Assembly (NCBI GenBank): GCA_964438585.1
Contig: CAYTLD010000001.1
Coordinates: 1-38,117, forward strand
DNA from: an uncultured Blastochloridaceae bacterium
GTDB lineage: Bacteria; Verrucomicrobiota; Verrucomicrobiia; Methylacidiphilales; JBCBYL01
Length of the DNA: 38,117 nt
Direction: 5' to 3'
The position numbers and the translations under genes are program-made. Below are positions 9,794 through 18,292 of this stretch, in pieces. The notes beneath the pieces were generated by a model that was not told the origin of the DNA, made no database searches, and saw only the letters and a list, made by a program, of their open reading frames with translations. Every line of letters starts with the position of its first letter. The first letter of the stretch is position 1.

Positions 9794-10206
9794 AGCCTGT
9801 TATCTTAGATGCTGGCCCACTTGTTGCATGGCTCTGCCCTCGTGATCAATACCATGAGTGGTCGTTACAAGCCTTTAGCGAAATTCGTGTCTCGGGTGTC
9901 ATCTGCGAAGCGGTGCTTACCGAAGTCTGCCACCTTGCCAGCAAAGAAGGCATTGCATGTGCTAAGGTTGTCGATTTCGTAATCGAGGGAGGATTCCGCG
10001 TTGAGACGCTAAATGATGAATTCCACAGTCTCAGAACCTTGGTAAAACGTTACGCTGACGTTCCAATGGACTTTGCCGATGCTTGCGTGACGCGTTTGGC
10101 GGAGATTTATGATGGATCTTCTGTCTGCACCACTGACTCTGATTTTTTGATTTATCGGAAAAATCGAACAGTCCCAATCCCCCTGCTCGCACCATTCAAT
10201 GCGTAG
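9790..10206 (+). CDS. vapC: PIN-domain ribonuclease toxin (VapC-like)
   Basis: 138 aa. Acidic PIN residues are in the expected order: VILDAGPL, CEAVLTEV, MDFADAC, TTDSDF. Coupled to a small upstream ORF. Confidence 0.8.
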   Translation: MKPVILDAGPLVAWLCPRDQYHEWSLQAFSEIRVSGVICEAVLTEVCHLASKEGIACAKVVDFVIEGGFRVETLNDEFHSLRTLVKRYADVPMDFADACVTRLAEIYDGSSVCTTDSDFLIYRKNRTVPIPLLAPFNA

Positions 10207-10214
10207 CACGTAGG

Positions 10215-10291
10215 TTAGGGGACGGAGTATTAAGCGGCCTGTAGGATAAGTGTTGATGTTGTAGCGATCTGCTTAACACTCCTTCCCCTAA
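10215..10291. repeat. REP-like palindromic element, copy 1 (19/21-bp stem, 35-nt loop)
   Basis: Left arm TTAGGGGACGGAGTATTAAGC and right arm GCTTAACACTCCTTCCCCTAA. It fills the gap between the convergent stops at 10206 and 10304. The left arm is identical to that of the copy at 15837. Confidence 0.75.
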
Positions 10292-10303
10292 CATCCTGAG
10301 GCT

Positions 10304-11611
10304 TTATTCCGGCCGTTCCTTCATCCATCCATCGATGAATTCTTTCGCCCTTTCAAGGCCTTTTTCGATCAGGTCTCCGCTTTCTTTGAGGTTTTTTTCC
10401 GCCTCGTTCTGGAGTTGTTGCTTGAGTCGCGGGGTTAAGTCCTCGCGGGGCTGGTGGATATCACCGGATATTTTTACCGGGGTCCAATCGTAGCCCTCGC
10501 GCCGCTCAGTGAATATCGATTCCCTCAGCTGGGGAAGCAAGTCGGCGGCCCCGATGTTCACACCCAGGACGGTATCACCCTCCAGCGTCTGATCGGGGAG
10601 CACTGAAAGGGAACCTTCCCAGCGCAGGCGGTTATTTTTTTCTATGATGATAGAGGAGAAATCAAATCTTTCCTGATGGTAGTGAAGGTCGGCCCGGGCG
10701 GTGTCGATGGGGACGCGGGTCAATCCGGCCATGCCGGTGAGTAGAGAAAGGTTTTCCAGAACCGGAAGGGCCTGCAGCCTGGCCTCGGTGGCGGAAAAAG
10801 TGCCTTTGGACTCACCGTCTTGCCAGGTGAGCAGCGGGCCGGTGTAGTTGCCTTGACCGGAAACCATGCCGGTAAAAAGCACCTTCCAGTGGTCCGAGAG
10901 AAAGACGCGCGCAGGCACGTTTTCCAGTTGGTATTCAATCCGCAGATCATCATCTGGGCCAGTGACCCATCGGCCGCGGGCGGTGATCGTACCGTCCTCG
11001 TAATGCGTGATGAAATGATCAATCCGGAATTGCGGGGCCTCCCAGTGAAAGGTCAGCAGGGTATTGTCGAAGACAAATTCTCCGTAGCGGATGGACGTCA
11101 TAGTCAGCTCGTAGCTTTGCCATTCAAAATTCTTCAATTCAATGGTGTCGGCAGGGGAGGAAATATTGCCTTGGCGGATAACCAGACTGCGAATTTTCCA
11201 GCGGGGCCACTGGGAATGGAGGGATTGCCCGGTGATGGGAACTAGCAGCGGGCTGATCCAGGTGTAGGAACCCGGCACCCGCTCCACCTGAAACGAATCG
11301 ATACGCAGATCAGCGGGGGTTTCTCCCGAGAGGAGGCGGTGGAGTTCAAAGTCCCATTCCACTTTTTCCAGGACCACGGTTTTCCAGGAGGCTGACTCCG
11401 GGTCATTCGAGAGACAGTCGATGCGCCCCACGGACAAGCGCCCTCGCATCAGGTTGAGTCGAATGCCGGTGAAGCGGGTCTGGGCTTCCAATTGGGTGGC
11501 CAACGCCTTTTCCAATGACACCTTCACCACCTGGTGGAGCAACATCCATCCGGACAGGCCTATGATTACAACCAAACCCAGAGTGAGGGCGGTGATATGT
11601 GATGCTTTCAT
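10304..11611 (-). CDS. hypothetical membrane-anchored protein (AsmA-like is only a guess)
   Basis: 435 aa. N-terminal anchor ITALTLGLVVIIGLSGWMLL followed by a long beta-rich-looking region. No motif recognised with certainty. Confidence 0.6.
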   Translation of the reverse strand: MKASHITALTLGLVVIIGLSGWMLLHQVVKVSLEKALATQLEAQTRFTGIRLNLMRGRLSVGRIDCLSNDPESASWKTVVLEKVEWDFELHRLLSGETPADLRIDSFQVERVPGSYTWISPLLVPITGQSLHSQWPRWKIRSLVIRQGNISSPADTIELKNFEWQSYELTMTSIRYGEFVFDNTLLTFHWEAPQFRIDHFITHYEDGTITARGRWVTGPDDDLRIEYQLENVPARVFLSDHWKVLFTGMVSGQGNYTGPLLTWQDGESKGTFSATEARLQALPVLENLSLLTGMAGLTRVPIDTARADLHYHQERFDFSSIIIEKNNRLRWEGSLSVLPDQTLEGDTVLGVNIGAADLLPQLRESIFTERREGYDWTPVKISGDIHQPREDLTPRLKQQLQNEAEKNLKESGDLIEKGLERAKEFIDGWMKERPE

Positions 11612-11659
11612 GCTGAATACAATTTTTTCCGCTTGCGACTTATAAGCTAACGTTCAGAG

Positions 11660-12148
11660 TTGATATTCATGGGAGCTGAACAAACACCGGACAGTAACTC
11701 TCCAGACAATATTGTCTCTCCTTTCTCCGAAGTCGAGGGGCAAGTCCCTCAACCCAAACGCGACCGCAGCCGGACCATCCTCATTGTCGGCATTATATTG
11801 CTCCTGCTGGTGGCCGGGGCGGTGGGTGGTGTCGTCCTTAATGGTTACCTGAATGATCCCTACCGGACTATGGAAGACTTCCCGGTGGAGAAATTTCTCG
11901 ATAGTCCCCGCTCGCTGGCCGGGAGTAAGTTCAAGGCGGAATTGCGGGTGGAAGCGGATCTGGATTATAAGGAGGGGGTCGGGAGGCTGATGCTATTTTC
12001 CGGCCTCAAGGATTCCCGGCCCCTGGCCGTGATGGTGCCGGAGGTGGTAGGGCAGGATATTTACTTTACCAAAGGTCAGAGCTATATTGCGGAATTGGAA
12101 GTCAAGGAGGGAGGATTGATCTATGCGAACTCATGTAAGAAAAATTAA
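11660..12148 (+). CDS. hypothetical single-pass membrane protein
   Basis: 162 aa with a TTG start (alternative ATG at 11669). One TM segment (ILIVGIILLLLVAGAVGGVVL). First gene of a plus-strand cluster; its end overlaps the next ORF. Confidence 0.5.
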   Translation: MIFMGAEQTPDSNSPDNIVSPFSEVEGQVPQPKRDRSRTILIVGIILLLLVAGAVGGVVLNGYLNDPYRTMEDFPVEKFLDSPRSLAGSKFKAELRVEADLDYKEGVGRLMLFSGLKDSRPLAVMVPEVVGQDIYFTKGQSYIAELEVKEGGLIYANSCKKN

Positions 12149-14099
12149 ATCCGGTCTGATGGCGGTTGCCGCACTCGGAATCTGTTGGCCACAGGGATTG
12201 GTGGCTCAGGAGGCAAGCCCGGAAAATTCAGCCCCGGCACCAGCCCCCGCGTCAGGAGATAATTCAGAAGTTTCCGCCGCTAATGAGGAGGCCAATAACA
12301 GCACCCGTGCCGTTCTCGATTACCTCTACAACCGGAAGCCGGGCGAGGGGACTGCGGCTAAAGAAATTTTCGCCTCTCAGTCGGAGGCCAAAACCCGGCT
12401 CATGGCCCGCGATGCCCTCGGGGATGTTCGTATCGAAGATGAGCGCATGCGTGAGCGCTTCGAGAAATTCCTCGGCATGTCCGCCGTGCCCGCAGACCAG
12501 ATAGAGGCCTACAATCAGCAAATTGATGTGGTCATGCTCTTTCTCCGCGATGGAAAGAAAGTGGAGGCTTGGGAACAACTGGTCGCTCTGGCCAAATTTC
12601 GCCAGATCGATGCCGGAGTAAGCTGGGAGCTGGCCAACCGTATCGAATCGATCTGGAGCGCCGACCGGACCGGCTGGTGGCTGGATACCCAAAACCGCCA
12701 GTTGAAACGCGAATTGGATACGACCAACCGCACCGCCGACATCATTTCGGATGGCATCCGCGAAAAAGAACTCGATTACCAGCGCAAGGCAGCCAAGAGC
12801 GGAGTGAGCGGTGCCCGGGCGAGTACCGGCGGCGGCAACTCCAACGGCAACTCCAACGGAAACACGGTGCCCCAAGTGGACGTCGAAACGGGCAACATGA
12901 CCAATGCTCCTTCTCTGGATTCGGTCATGGGTAAGCTGGAACTCACCGAGGAATACCTAAAATCACTCGAACTCAAGGCCCGCATCAAGATGAATCAGCT
13001 CAAAGCGGAAAATCTTTTTGATAAGGCCAAGAGCGATTTTGCCGATTACATCACCACTCTCTACAAGAGCGGACGCCCGCGGCACGTCCTCATCGCGGCT
13101 GATTTCTGGAGACGTATTTTTGACGAAGGGGATTACCCGGTTTCCATGGCCCAGCAGGTCAACGCCTGCCTGGAACTCTATCAGGATGTCTTTAATACCG
13201 TCGAAGTCTTCGAGCACCGCGTCGAAATCAATGAAATAGCCTCAGCCACCGACCGCCTCCAGGAGGCGTTCATGCTCAGTGAAAACCACCCCGCCGTCCT
13301 GTCCATCACGCGTGAGGATAAGAAAAAGGTAGAGGCTTTTACCCGGATGCTGAGCCGGATGCAGAACATGCTTGAAGCACGTGACTTTGCCCAATTGGAA
13401 AAGACGCTTGATGAAATGCAAGCCATCGCGCCGGACTTCGATAAGACCAAACCGCTGGCCATTGTGCAGGCGGTTAAGCTGGAGAGTCAGATGCGTCTGG
13501 GGAAGGCGCGCCTCGCGGCCCAGCAGGGCAACCTCCAGGTGGCGATGGAAGAATTTCAGGCAGCTGCCGAGGCCTGGCCCGGAAATCCCGACCTTCAGAA
13601 CAACGCCATGGACTTTTTCAGCGCCAATGATATCCAGAATCAATCACTGGCCGAATTCGACCGCCTGGTGCAGGATGAAAACTACCGGGGGCTGGTTGAG
13701 AAACAGCTCCTTTTTGCCCCGGCCATGAAAGATGATCCCACCCGTCAGGAACAATTGAAACATGCACTGGAGAAAATTCGGGATGCTGAGATGGCGATTG
13801 AGAAAGCCACCCTCATGAGTGCCAACCAGGATGTTTTTGGAGCCTGGGAAACGATCCACCAGGCGATCCAGGAATTTCCCGAGGACATCAAACTCAACAC
13901 CATGCTGGCGGATCTTTCCGGAAAGGCCGCTGTCTTTGTCGCCGCTATCAACAAGGCCCGGGATGCGGAAGCGCAGGGGATGCTGGGCTACAGCCTGACC
14001 TGGTATGCGATCGCCCAGCGCCACTATCCTGCCAGTCAGTTGGCTAATGACGGGATCAAACGAGTCTCCGGCGAAGTCATGGCGCAGGCCTCCCTCTAG
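12123..14099 (+). CDS. hypothetical secreted helical-repeat protein
   Basis: 658 aa. Signal-peptide-like N-terminus (KIKSGLMAVAALGICWPQGLVAQE). Ala/Pro/Asn-rich low-complexity stretches (GGGNSNGNSNGN), then a long alpha-helical, TPR-like-looking body. Confidence 0.6.
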   Translation: MRTHVRKIKSGLMAVAALGICWPQGLVAQEASPENSAPAPAPASGDNSEVSAANEEANNSTRAVLDYLYNRKPGEGTAAKEIFASQSEAKTRLMARDALGDVRIEDERMRERFEKFLGMSAVPADQIEAYNQQIDVVMLFLRDGKKVEAWEQLVALAKFRQIDAGVSWELANRIESIWSADRTGWWLDTQNRQLKRELDTTNRTADIISDGIREKELDYQRKAAKSGVSGARASTGGGNSNGNSNGNTVPQVDVETGNMTNAPSLDSVMGKLELTEEYLKSLELKARIKMNQLKAENLFDKAKSDFADYITTLYKSGRPRHVLIAADFWRRIFDEGDYPVSMAQQVNACLELYQDVFNTVEVFEHRVEINEIASATDRLQEAFMLSENHPAVLSITREDKKKVEAFTRMLSRMQNMLEARDFAQLEKTLDEMQAIAPDFDKTKPLAIVQAVKLESQMRLGKARLAAQQGNLQVAMEEFQAAAEAWPGNPDLQNNAMDFFSANDIQNQSLAEFDRLVQDENYRGLVEKQLLFAPAMKDDPTRQEQLKHALEKIRDAEMAIEKATLMSANQDVFGAWETIHQAIQEFPEDIKLNTMLADLSGKAAVFVAAINKARDAEAQGMLGYSLTWYAIAQRHYPASQLANDGIKRVSGEVMAQASL

Positions 14100-14115
14100 A
14101 CCTTGGCTCGCCACC

Positions 14116-15828
14116 ATGCCCATTTCCCCATCACCTGACGAATCCCCACAGCAGTCAGCCGTCCACGTTTCCAATCTGGTGGTTTCCGTCAACGGGGGAG
14201 GGCACCCGGTCAATCTGCTCAAGGGAATCACCTTCGACGTCGCGCCTGGTCAATTCATCGCCGTTATCGGTGCTTCCGGATGCGGTAAAAGTACGCTCAT
14301 TCGCACTCTGGCCGGGATGATGCCAGCATCGGGCGGGAGAGTGCTCTTCGCCGGTCACCCGGTCATGGAAATCAAGGATCAATATCCGCTCGCCATCGCC
14401 TACCTTCCCCAATTCGGAGCCTTTCACCCGGATCTGACTGTCAGGGAAAATTTGCAGAACTCGCTCAATTTACGTTTGCCTGGAAGTGTGAAGCCCAAGG
14501 TGCGATCGGAATGGATGCAGCAGATCATCCATCTCTCCGGGTTGGATGATCTCCTCGATCAACCTTACCGTACTCTGTCGGGCGGACAGATGCGGCGGAT
14601 GGCGCTGGCCGAGGAACTGCTCGGGGATCCGGCCTTTCTCCTCCTCGATGAGCTGACCAGCGGGCTGGACGAATTTTCCGATCGCGAAATGATGGCCTGG
14701 TTGCACCAATTGGCCCACCAGCATGGAAAAACCATCATCCTCGTGACCCACGCTACCTACCACCTGGATTATTGCGACTCGGTGCTTTTCCTCCATAGCG
14801 GATGTCAGGTGCAATATGCCCCCTACCGGGAATTGCTCGAAGTTCATGGGGTCGGGTCGGTCAGTGATCTGTTTCAGCTATATCATTCGGATGCGACCTC
14901 CCTGGGGCCGGTTTACGGGAATGATGAGGCGGATATCGCTCCTCAGTCCCTGAAAACAGCCAGGCCACCGGGAGGGCTGGCCCAGTTACCCACCCTCATG
15001 AGCAGGCAGGTGAGACTGCTCCTCAGAGACTATGGTCAAATCATTCTTCAGGTTATTCTGATTCTGACCTTTCCCGCTCTGGTGGCTGTCTTTGCTTATG
15101 AAGGGCTGCCGCAAGTACGCCAACTCACCCTCGCCCTCGAGACCAACATCGTCCAGACCCTGGCGGAGAAGCTCAAGTATCTCAGTGAGTCGTTTTCAGC
15201 CTCCTCCCTGGTATCGGGACTAACCATGTTCCAGGTCGTGCTTCTAACCCTGATCGGGGCCAATAACGGTGCTCGCGAAATCGCCAAGGAGCGCGCCATC
15301 CTGGGAAAAGAATTGCGGGCCGGCCTGTCGTCCGCCGCCTATGTTTTTACCAAATTCTTGCAGTTGGTTTTTTTCTGCGCCATTCAGGCACTCTGGATGA
15401 CCTGGTTTGTAAAGACCATTTGCGGTTTTCCGGGTGAATTGGCCGCGCAATTCCTCATCCTTTTCGCCACCATCCTGGCCATGAGCACAACCTGCCTGGC
15501 CATTTCCGCCGCCACGCCATCGCCCGAGCGGGCCTCCTTGCTCGCCATTTACCTGGTCGGATTCCAACTGCCCCTGTCCGGCGCCGCCCTCGCGCTGCCG
15601 GAGTGGCTCTCGTTGATCTGCCGCCCCTTTATCGCCGCCTACTGGGGGTGGAGTGGTTACCTCAAGACCCTGGAACAGACGAGCCACTATGATATCGTCA
15701 ATCAGTCCACTGAGACATTCATCGCCCCTTACGATTGGTGTCTGATGGTCCTGGGCCTGCACGTGGCGGTGGGGATTTTTGCCGCCTGGTTCTTCACCCT
15801 GCGCATCCGCACTTCCCCCACTTTTTAG
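14116..15828 (+). CDS. ABC transporter, fused ATPase-permease (NBD-TMD order, ABC-2/ABCG-like)
   Basis: Walker A GASGCGKST, signature LSGGQMRR, Walker B LLLDELTSGLD, H-loop VTHATYH, followed by about 6 hydrophobic segments. I place the start at ATG 14116 (570 aa). The longer track ORF overlaps the upstream gene. Confidence 0.85.
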   Translation: MPISPSPDESPQQSAVHVSNLVVSVNGGGHPVNLLKGITFDVAPGQFIAVIGASGCGKSTLIRTLAGMMPASGGRVLFAGHPVMEIKDQYPLAIAYLPQFGAFHPDLTVRENLQNSLNLRLPGSVKPKVRSEWMQQIIHLSGLDDLLDQPYRTLSGGQMRRMALAEELLGDPAFLLLDELTSGLDEFSDREMMAWLHQLAHQHGKTIILVTHATYHLDYCDSVLFLHSGCQVQYAPYRELLEVHGVGSVSDLFQLYHSDATSLGPVYGNDEADIAPQSLKTARPPGGLAQLPTLMSRQVRLLLRDYGQIILQVILILTFPALVAVFAYEGLPQVRQLTLALETNIVQTLAEKLKYLSESFSASSLVSGLTMFQVVLLTLIGANNGAREIAKERAILGKELRAGLSSAAYVFTKFLQLVFFCAIQALWMTWFVKTICGFPGELAAQFLILFATILAMSTTCLAISAATPSPERASLLAIYLVGFQLPLSGAALALPEWLSLICRPFIAAYWGWSGYLKTLEQTSHYDIVNQSTETFIAPYDWCLMVLGLHVAVGIFAAWFFTLRIRTSPTF

Positions 15829-15836
15829 ACAGCCTC

Positions 15837-15913
15837 TTAGGGGACGGAGTATTAAGCGAGCCTCAGAACAGGCACTGATGCGGCGATGATCGGCTTAATA
15901 CTCCGTCCCCTAA
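15837..15913. repeat. REP-like palindromic element, copy 2 (perfect 21-bp stem, 35-nt loop)
   Basis: TTAGGGGACGGAGTATTAAGC, a 35-nt loop, then GCTTAATACTCCGTCCCCTAA. It fills the gap between the convergent stops at 15828 and 15918. Confidence 0.8.
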
Positions 15914-15917
15914 CGTC

Positions 15918-16799
15918 CTAATTCTGCCGGTCGAGCATGATAGCAGCGATTTCCCGCAGCCGGATCGCGCGTGAACCGAGGAGATCGAGTGCCCGGTCCG
16001 CCCGTGTGGTCAGACGGCGGGCTTCGGCTTTGGCCTTATCGATTCCCATCAGTGCCGGGTAAGTGGCTTTGAGGGCCTTGATATCCTTACCCGCACTTTT
16101 TCCCAATTGCTCACTGGTTTGGGTAATATCGAGGATGTCATCCATGACCTGGAAGGCCAGTCCCAGGGATTGACCGAAGTCGGTGAGAGCCTCCAATTGC
16201 CGACGGGTGGCATTGGCGGACATGGCGCCGAGCCGGATGGAAGATGCGATCAGAGCGGCGGTTTTATTTTTGTGGATGTAGCGCAGCTGGGGCAGGGTGA
16301 TTTCACTGCCCTCATTTTCGATGTCGGCCACTTGGCCGGCAATCAGGGCCTGGCTGCCACCGGCATGGGCCAGCTCACGGATGATTTCCCCCTGATTATA
16401 ACGTTTCCAGCCCGGAACGTTTCCGGCCAGATAGAAGGCGTGGGTCAGGAGGGCATCACCCGCCAGGACGGCAATCGCTTCTCCAAAGACTTTATGTGAG
16501 GTGGGCTTTCCCCGTCTGAGATCGTCATCATCCATGCAGGGAAGATCGTCATGGATAAGTGAATAAGTGTGGATGCACTCGACGGCACAGGCGAGGGGAA
16601 GTGCCTGCTTCCATTCGCTTTGAATCGCTTCGGCTCCAGCCAGACAGAGCACCGGTCGCAACCGTTTTCCTCCGGCAAAAAGACTGTAGTGCATGGCCCG
16701 ATGAATGGTGGCAGGCTTGGCCGTACGGCTCGGCAGTGAGGCCTTGAGTGCTTTGTTAATCGAATGCTGCCGACTTGTCCAGTAGTCCCGTATGTCCAC
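15918..16799 (-). CDS. ispA: polyprenyl (farnesyl/geranylgeranyl) diphosphate synthase
   Basis: 293 aa with a GTG start. First Asp-rich motif LIHDDLPCMDDDDLRRGKPT and second motif FQVMDDILD. Confidence 0.9.
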   Translation of the reverse strand: MDIRDYWTSRQHSINKALKASLPSRTAKPATIHRAMHYSLFAGGKRLRPVLCLAGAEAIQSEWKQALPLACAVECIHTYSLIHDDLPCMDDDDLRRGKPTSHKVFGEAIAVLAGDALLTHAFYLAGNVPGWKRYNQGEIIRELAHAGGSQALIAGQVADIENEGSEITLPQLRYIHKNKTAALIASSIRLGAMSANATRRQLEALTDFGQSLGLAFQVMDDILDITQTSEQLGKSAGKDIKALKATYPALMGIDKAKAEARRLTTRADRALDLLGSRAIRLREIAAIMLDRQN

Positions 16800-16898
16800 T
16801 GACTTTTTTTAAAGAGGTATCGGTTGTTGGCAAGCCTCCAGTTGCCGGATGCTGGGATTACTCTTGTCTCGCTTGCGATTGTATTCAGAACAGGCAAG

Positions 16899-18245
16899 AT
16901 GAATACTATGCGCTTTTTTCTATGGCTTTCATTGCTTCTCTGCGTCCTTCTGCCCGGCGTAGGGTTGAGCAACGCGGAAAATTTTAGCATCAAGGTGGAT
17001 TCCGGTGATGAGTACGCCGGGCTTGAATTGATTACTTTCAGCCGTAAGACCATCGGCCTGATTAGTGAACGGTTTCCACCGGAGGCGCTCGATGATCTCT
17101 CACTCGAATACCTGATCCGCATCGGAGATTCGGGTGCCGTGCCGGATACCTTTTTCACCTTTCCCCGGGAAATCGTCTTCCGCCCGGATTCGAAAATCCT
17201 GCGTATTTTTATCGATGCCAACTGGCAACAACATCAGGAGGCGCTGGTTCGAACCCTCGCCCTGGGCCTCGTCCAGGCCATGGCCTGGAAGGAAAAGCCG
17301 CAGGCGCCCGTCGCGGAACTTCCCGAGCCGCCCCTCTGGTTAAGTGAGGGCCTGACCCAATGGACGGAGCAGGCCCTCCAGAATGAAATCAGCAGCTCGG
17401 TGCTTATCCCCGTCCTCAAGTACCGGGATCTTTCCATCATGGCCGAGCCCTTCCGACAGATTGTCTGGAAAGCTCACCTGAGCAACCGGGCTCCCGATTT
17501 GAACAAAGTCCAGGAATGGAATGCCCTGCCTGAGTTGCGCGTGGAGAGAATGTGGCAGCAGGCATTTTGCTACTGGGCCTTCGAGGCCGCCACCCGCACC
17601 GGGAGCGGACGGATGTCATTGGTTGAGTGGATCCATGAGTCGGATGTCATAACCCCAGAACCCTATTGGCGGAATTCCGCATCGGAGGCTAACTGGTGGA
17701 ATCGGGAGATTCGTCTTTCAGAGACATCATCAGAGTTCGCACTATCCTGGCAACGCACGACCCAGGCCCTGCGCGATCTCATGGTTTGCAAATTTACCCA
17801 CGCCCAAACCAAGGATACAGAACTGCTGAGGTTGGGGGAATTGCCGCGCTTGCCCGCTTCCAAGTCAGGAAAAAAGAGTAAAAATCAGGAACTGGAAAAT
17901 CAGGTGCGGGCTACTGTGCTCGAGCAGGTTGAGGGGCTTCTCGATCTGGAAAGCCGGGCGCATGCTCTCTGCCAGCCGGCTCTGGCGGCTTACATTGAGT
18001 CTCTGCGTAGTTGGATAGGTGGAGACATGGAGGCCTACCGCCAACGCTTCCAGGAAGGTCAGGAAAGAATGAGGCTGGCCGGGAAATACCATTCGTTGAT
18101 CAATGATAAGCTGGATTGGGTCATCGTGAATTATGAGTTTTCCTCTACGGGAGAAGATGGTTTGGACTACAGTCAATTGGTGCGTGAGCTGACCCGGGAG
18201 CGCGAACGGGTGCGCCGCGCTACCCACATGGATGCAAAGAAATGA
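16899..18245 (+). CDS. hypothetical secreted protein (Trp-rich, no recognised domain)
   Basis: I place the start at ATG 16899, giving the signal peptide MNTMRFFLWLSLLLCVLLPGVGLSNA (448 aa). It ends 47 nt before the gspE-like gene on the same strand. Confidence 0.6.
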   Translation: MNTMRFFLWLSLLLCVLLPGVGLSNAENFSIKVDSGDEYAGLELITFSRKTIGLISERFPPEALDDLSLEYLIRIGDSGAVPDTFFTFPREIVFRPDSKILRIFIDANWQQHQEALVRTLALGLVQAMAWKEKPQAPVAELPEPPLWLSEGLTQWTEQALQNEISSSVLIPVLKYRDLSIMAEPFRQIVWKAHLSNRAPDLNKVQEWNALPELRVERMWQQAFCYWAFEAATRTGSGRMSLVEWIHESDVITPEPYWRNSASEANWWNREIRLSETSSEFALSWQRTTQALRDLMVCKFTHAQTKDTELLRLGELPRLPASKSGKKSKNQELENQVRATVLEQVEGLLDLESRAHALCQPALAAYIESLRSWIGGDMEAYRQRFQEGQERMRLAGKYHSLINDKLDWVIVNYEFSSTGEDGLDYSQLVRELTRERERVRRATHMDAKK

Positions 18246-18292
18246 CAGCATCAGTTGCATTTTGCCGCCAAGGCAGGCTAAGTTGAGACGCG

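Noticed and set aside
9396-10300. A bona fide integrative island at tRNA-His.
   Set aside because: There is no integrase, and I could not find a direct repeat of the tRNA 3' end downstream. I kept it only as a low-interest remnant hypothesis.
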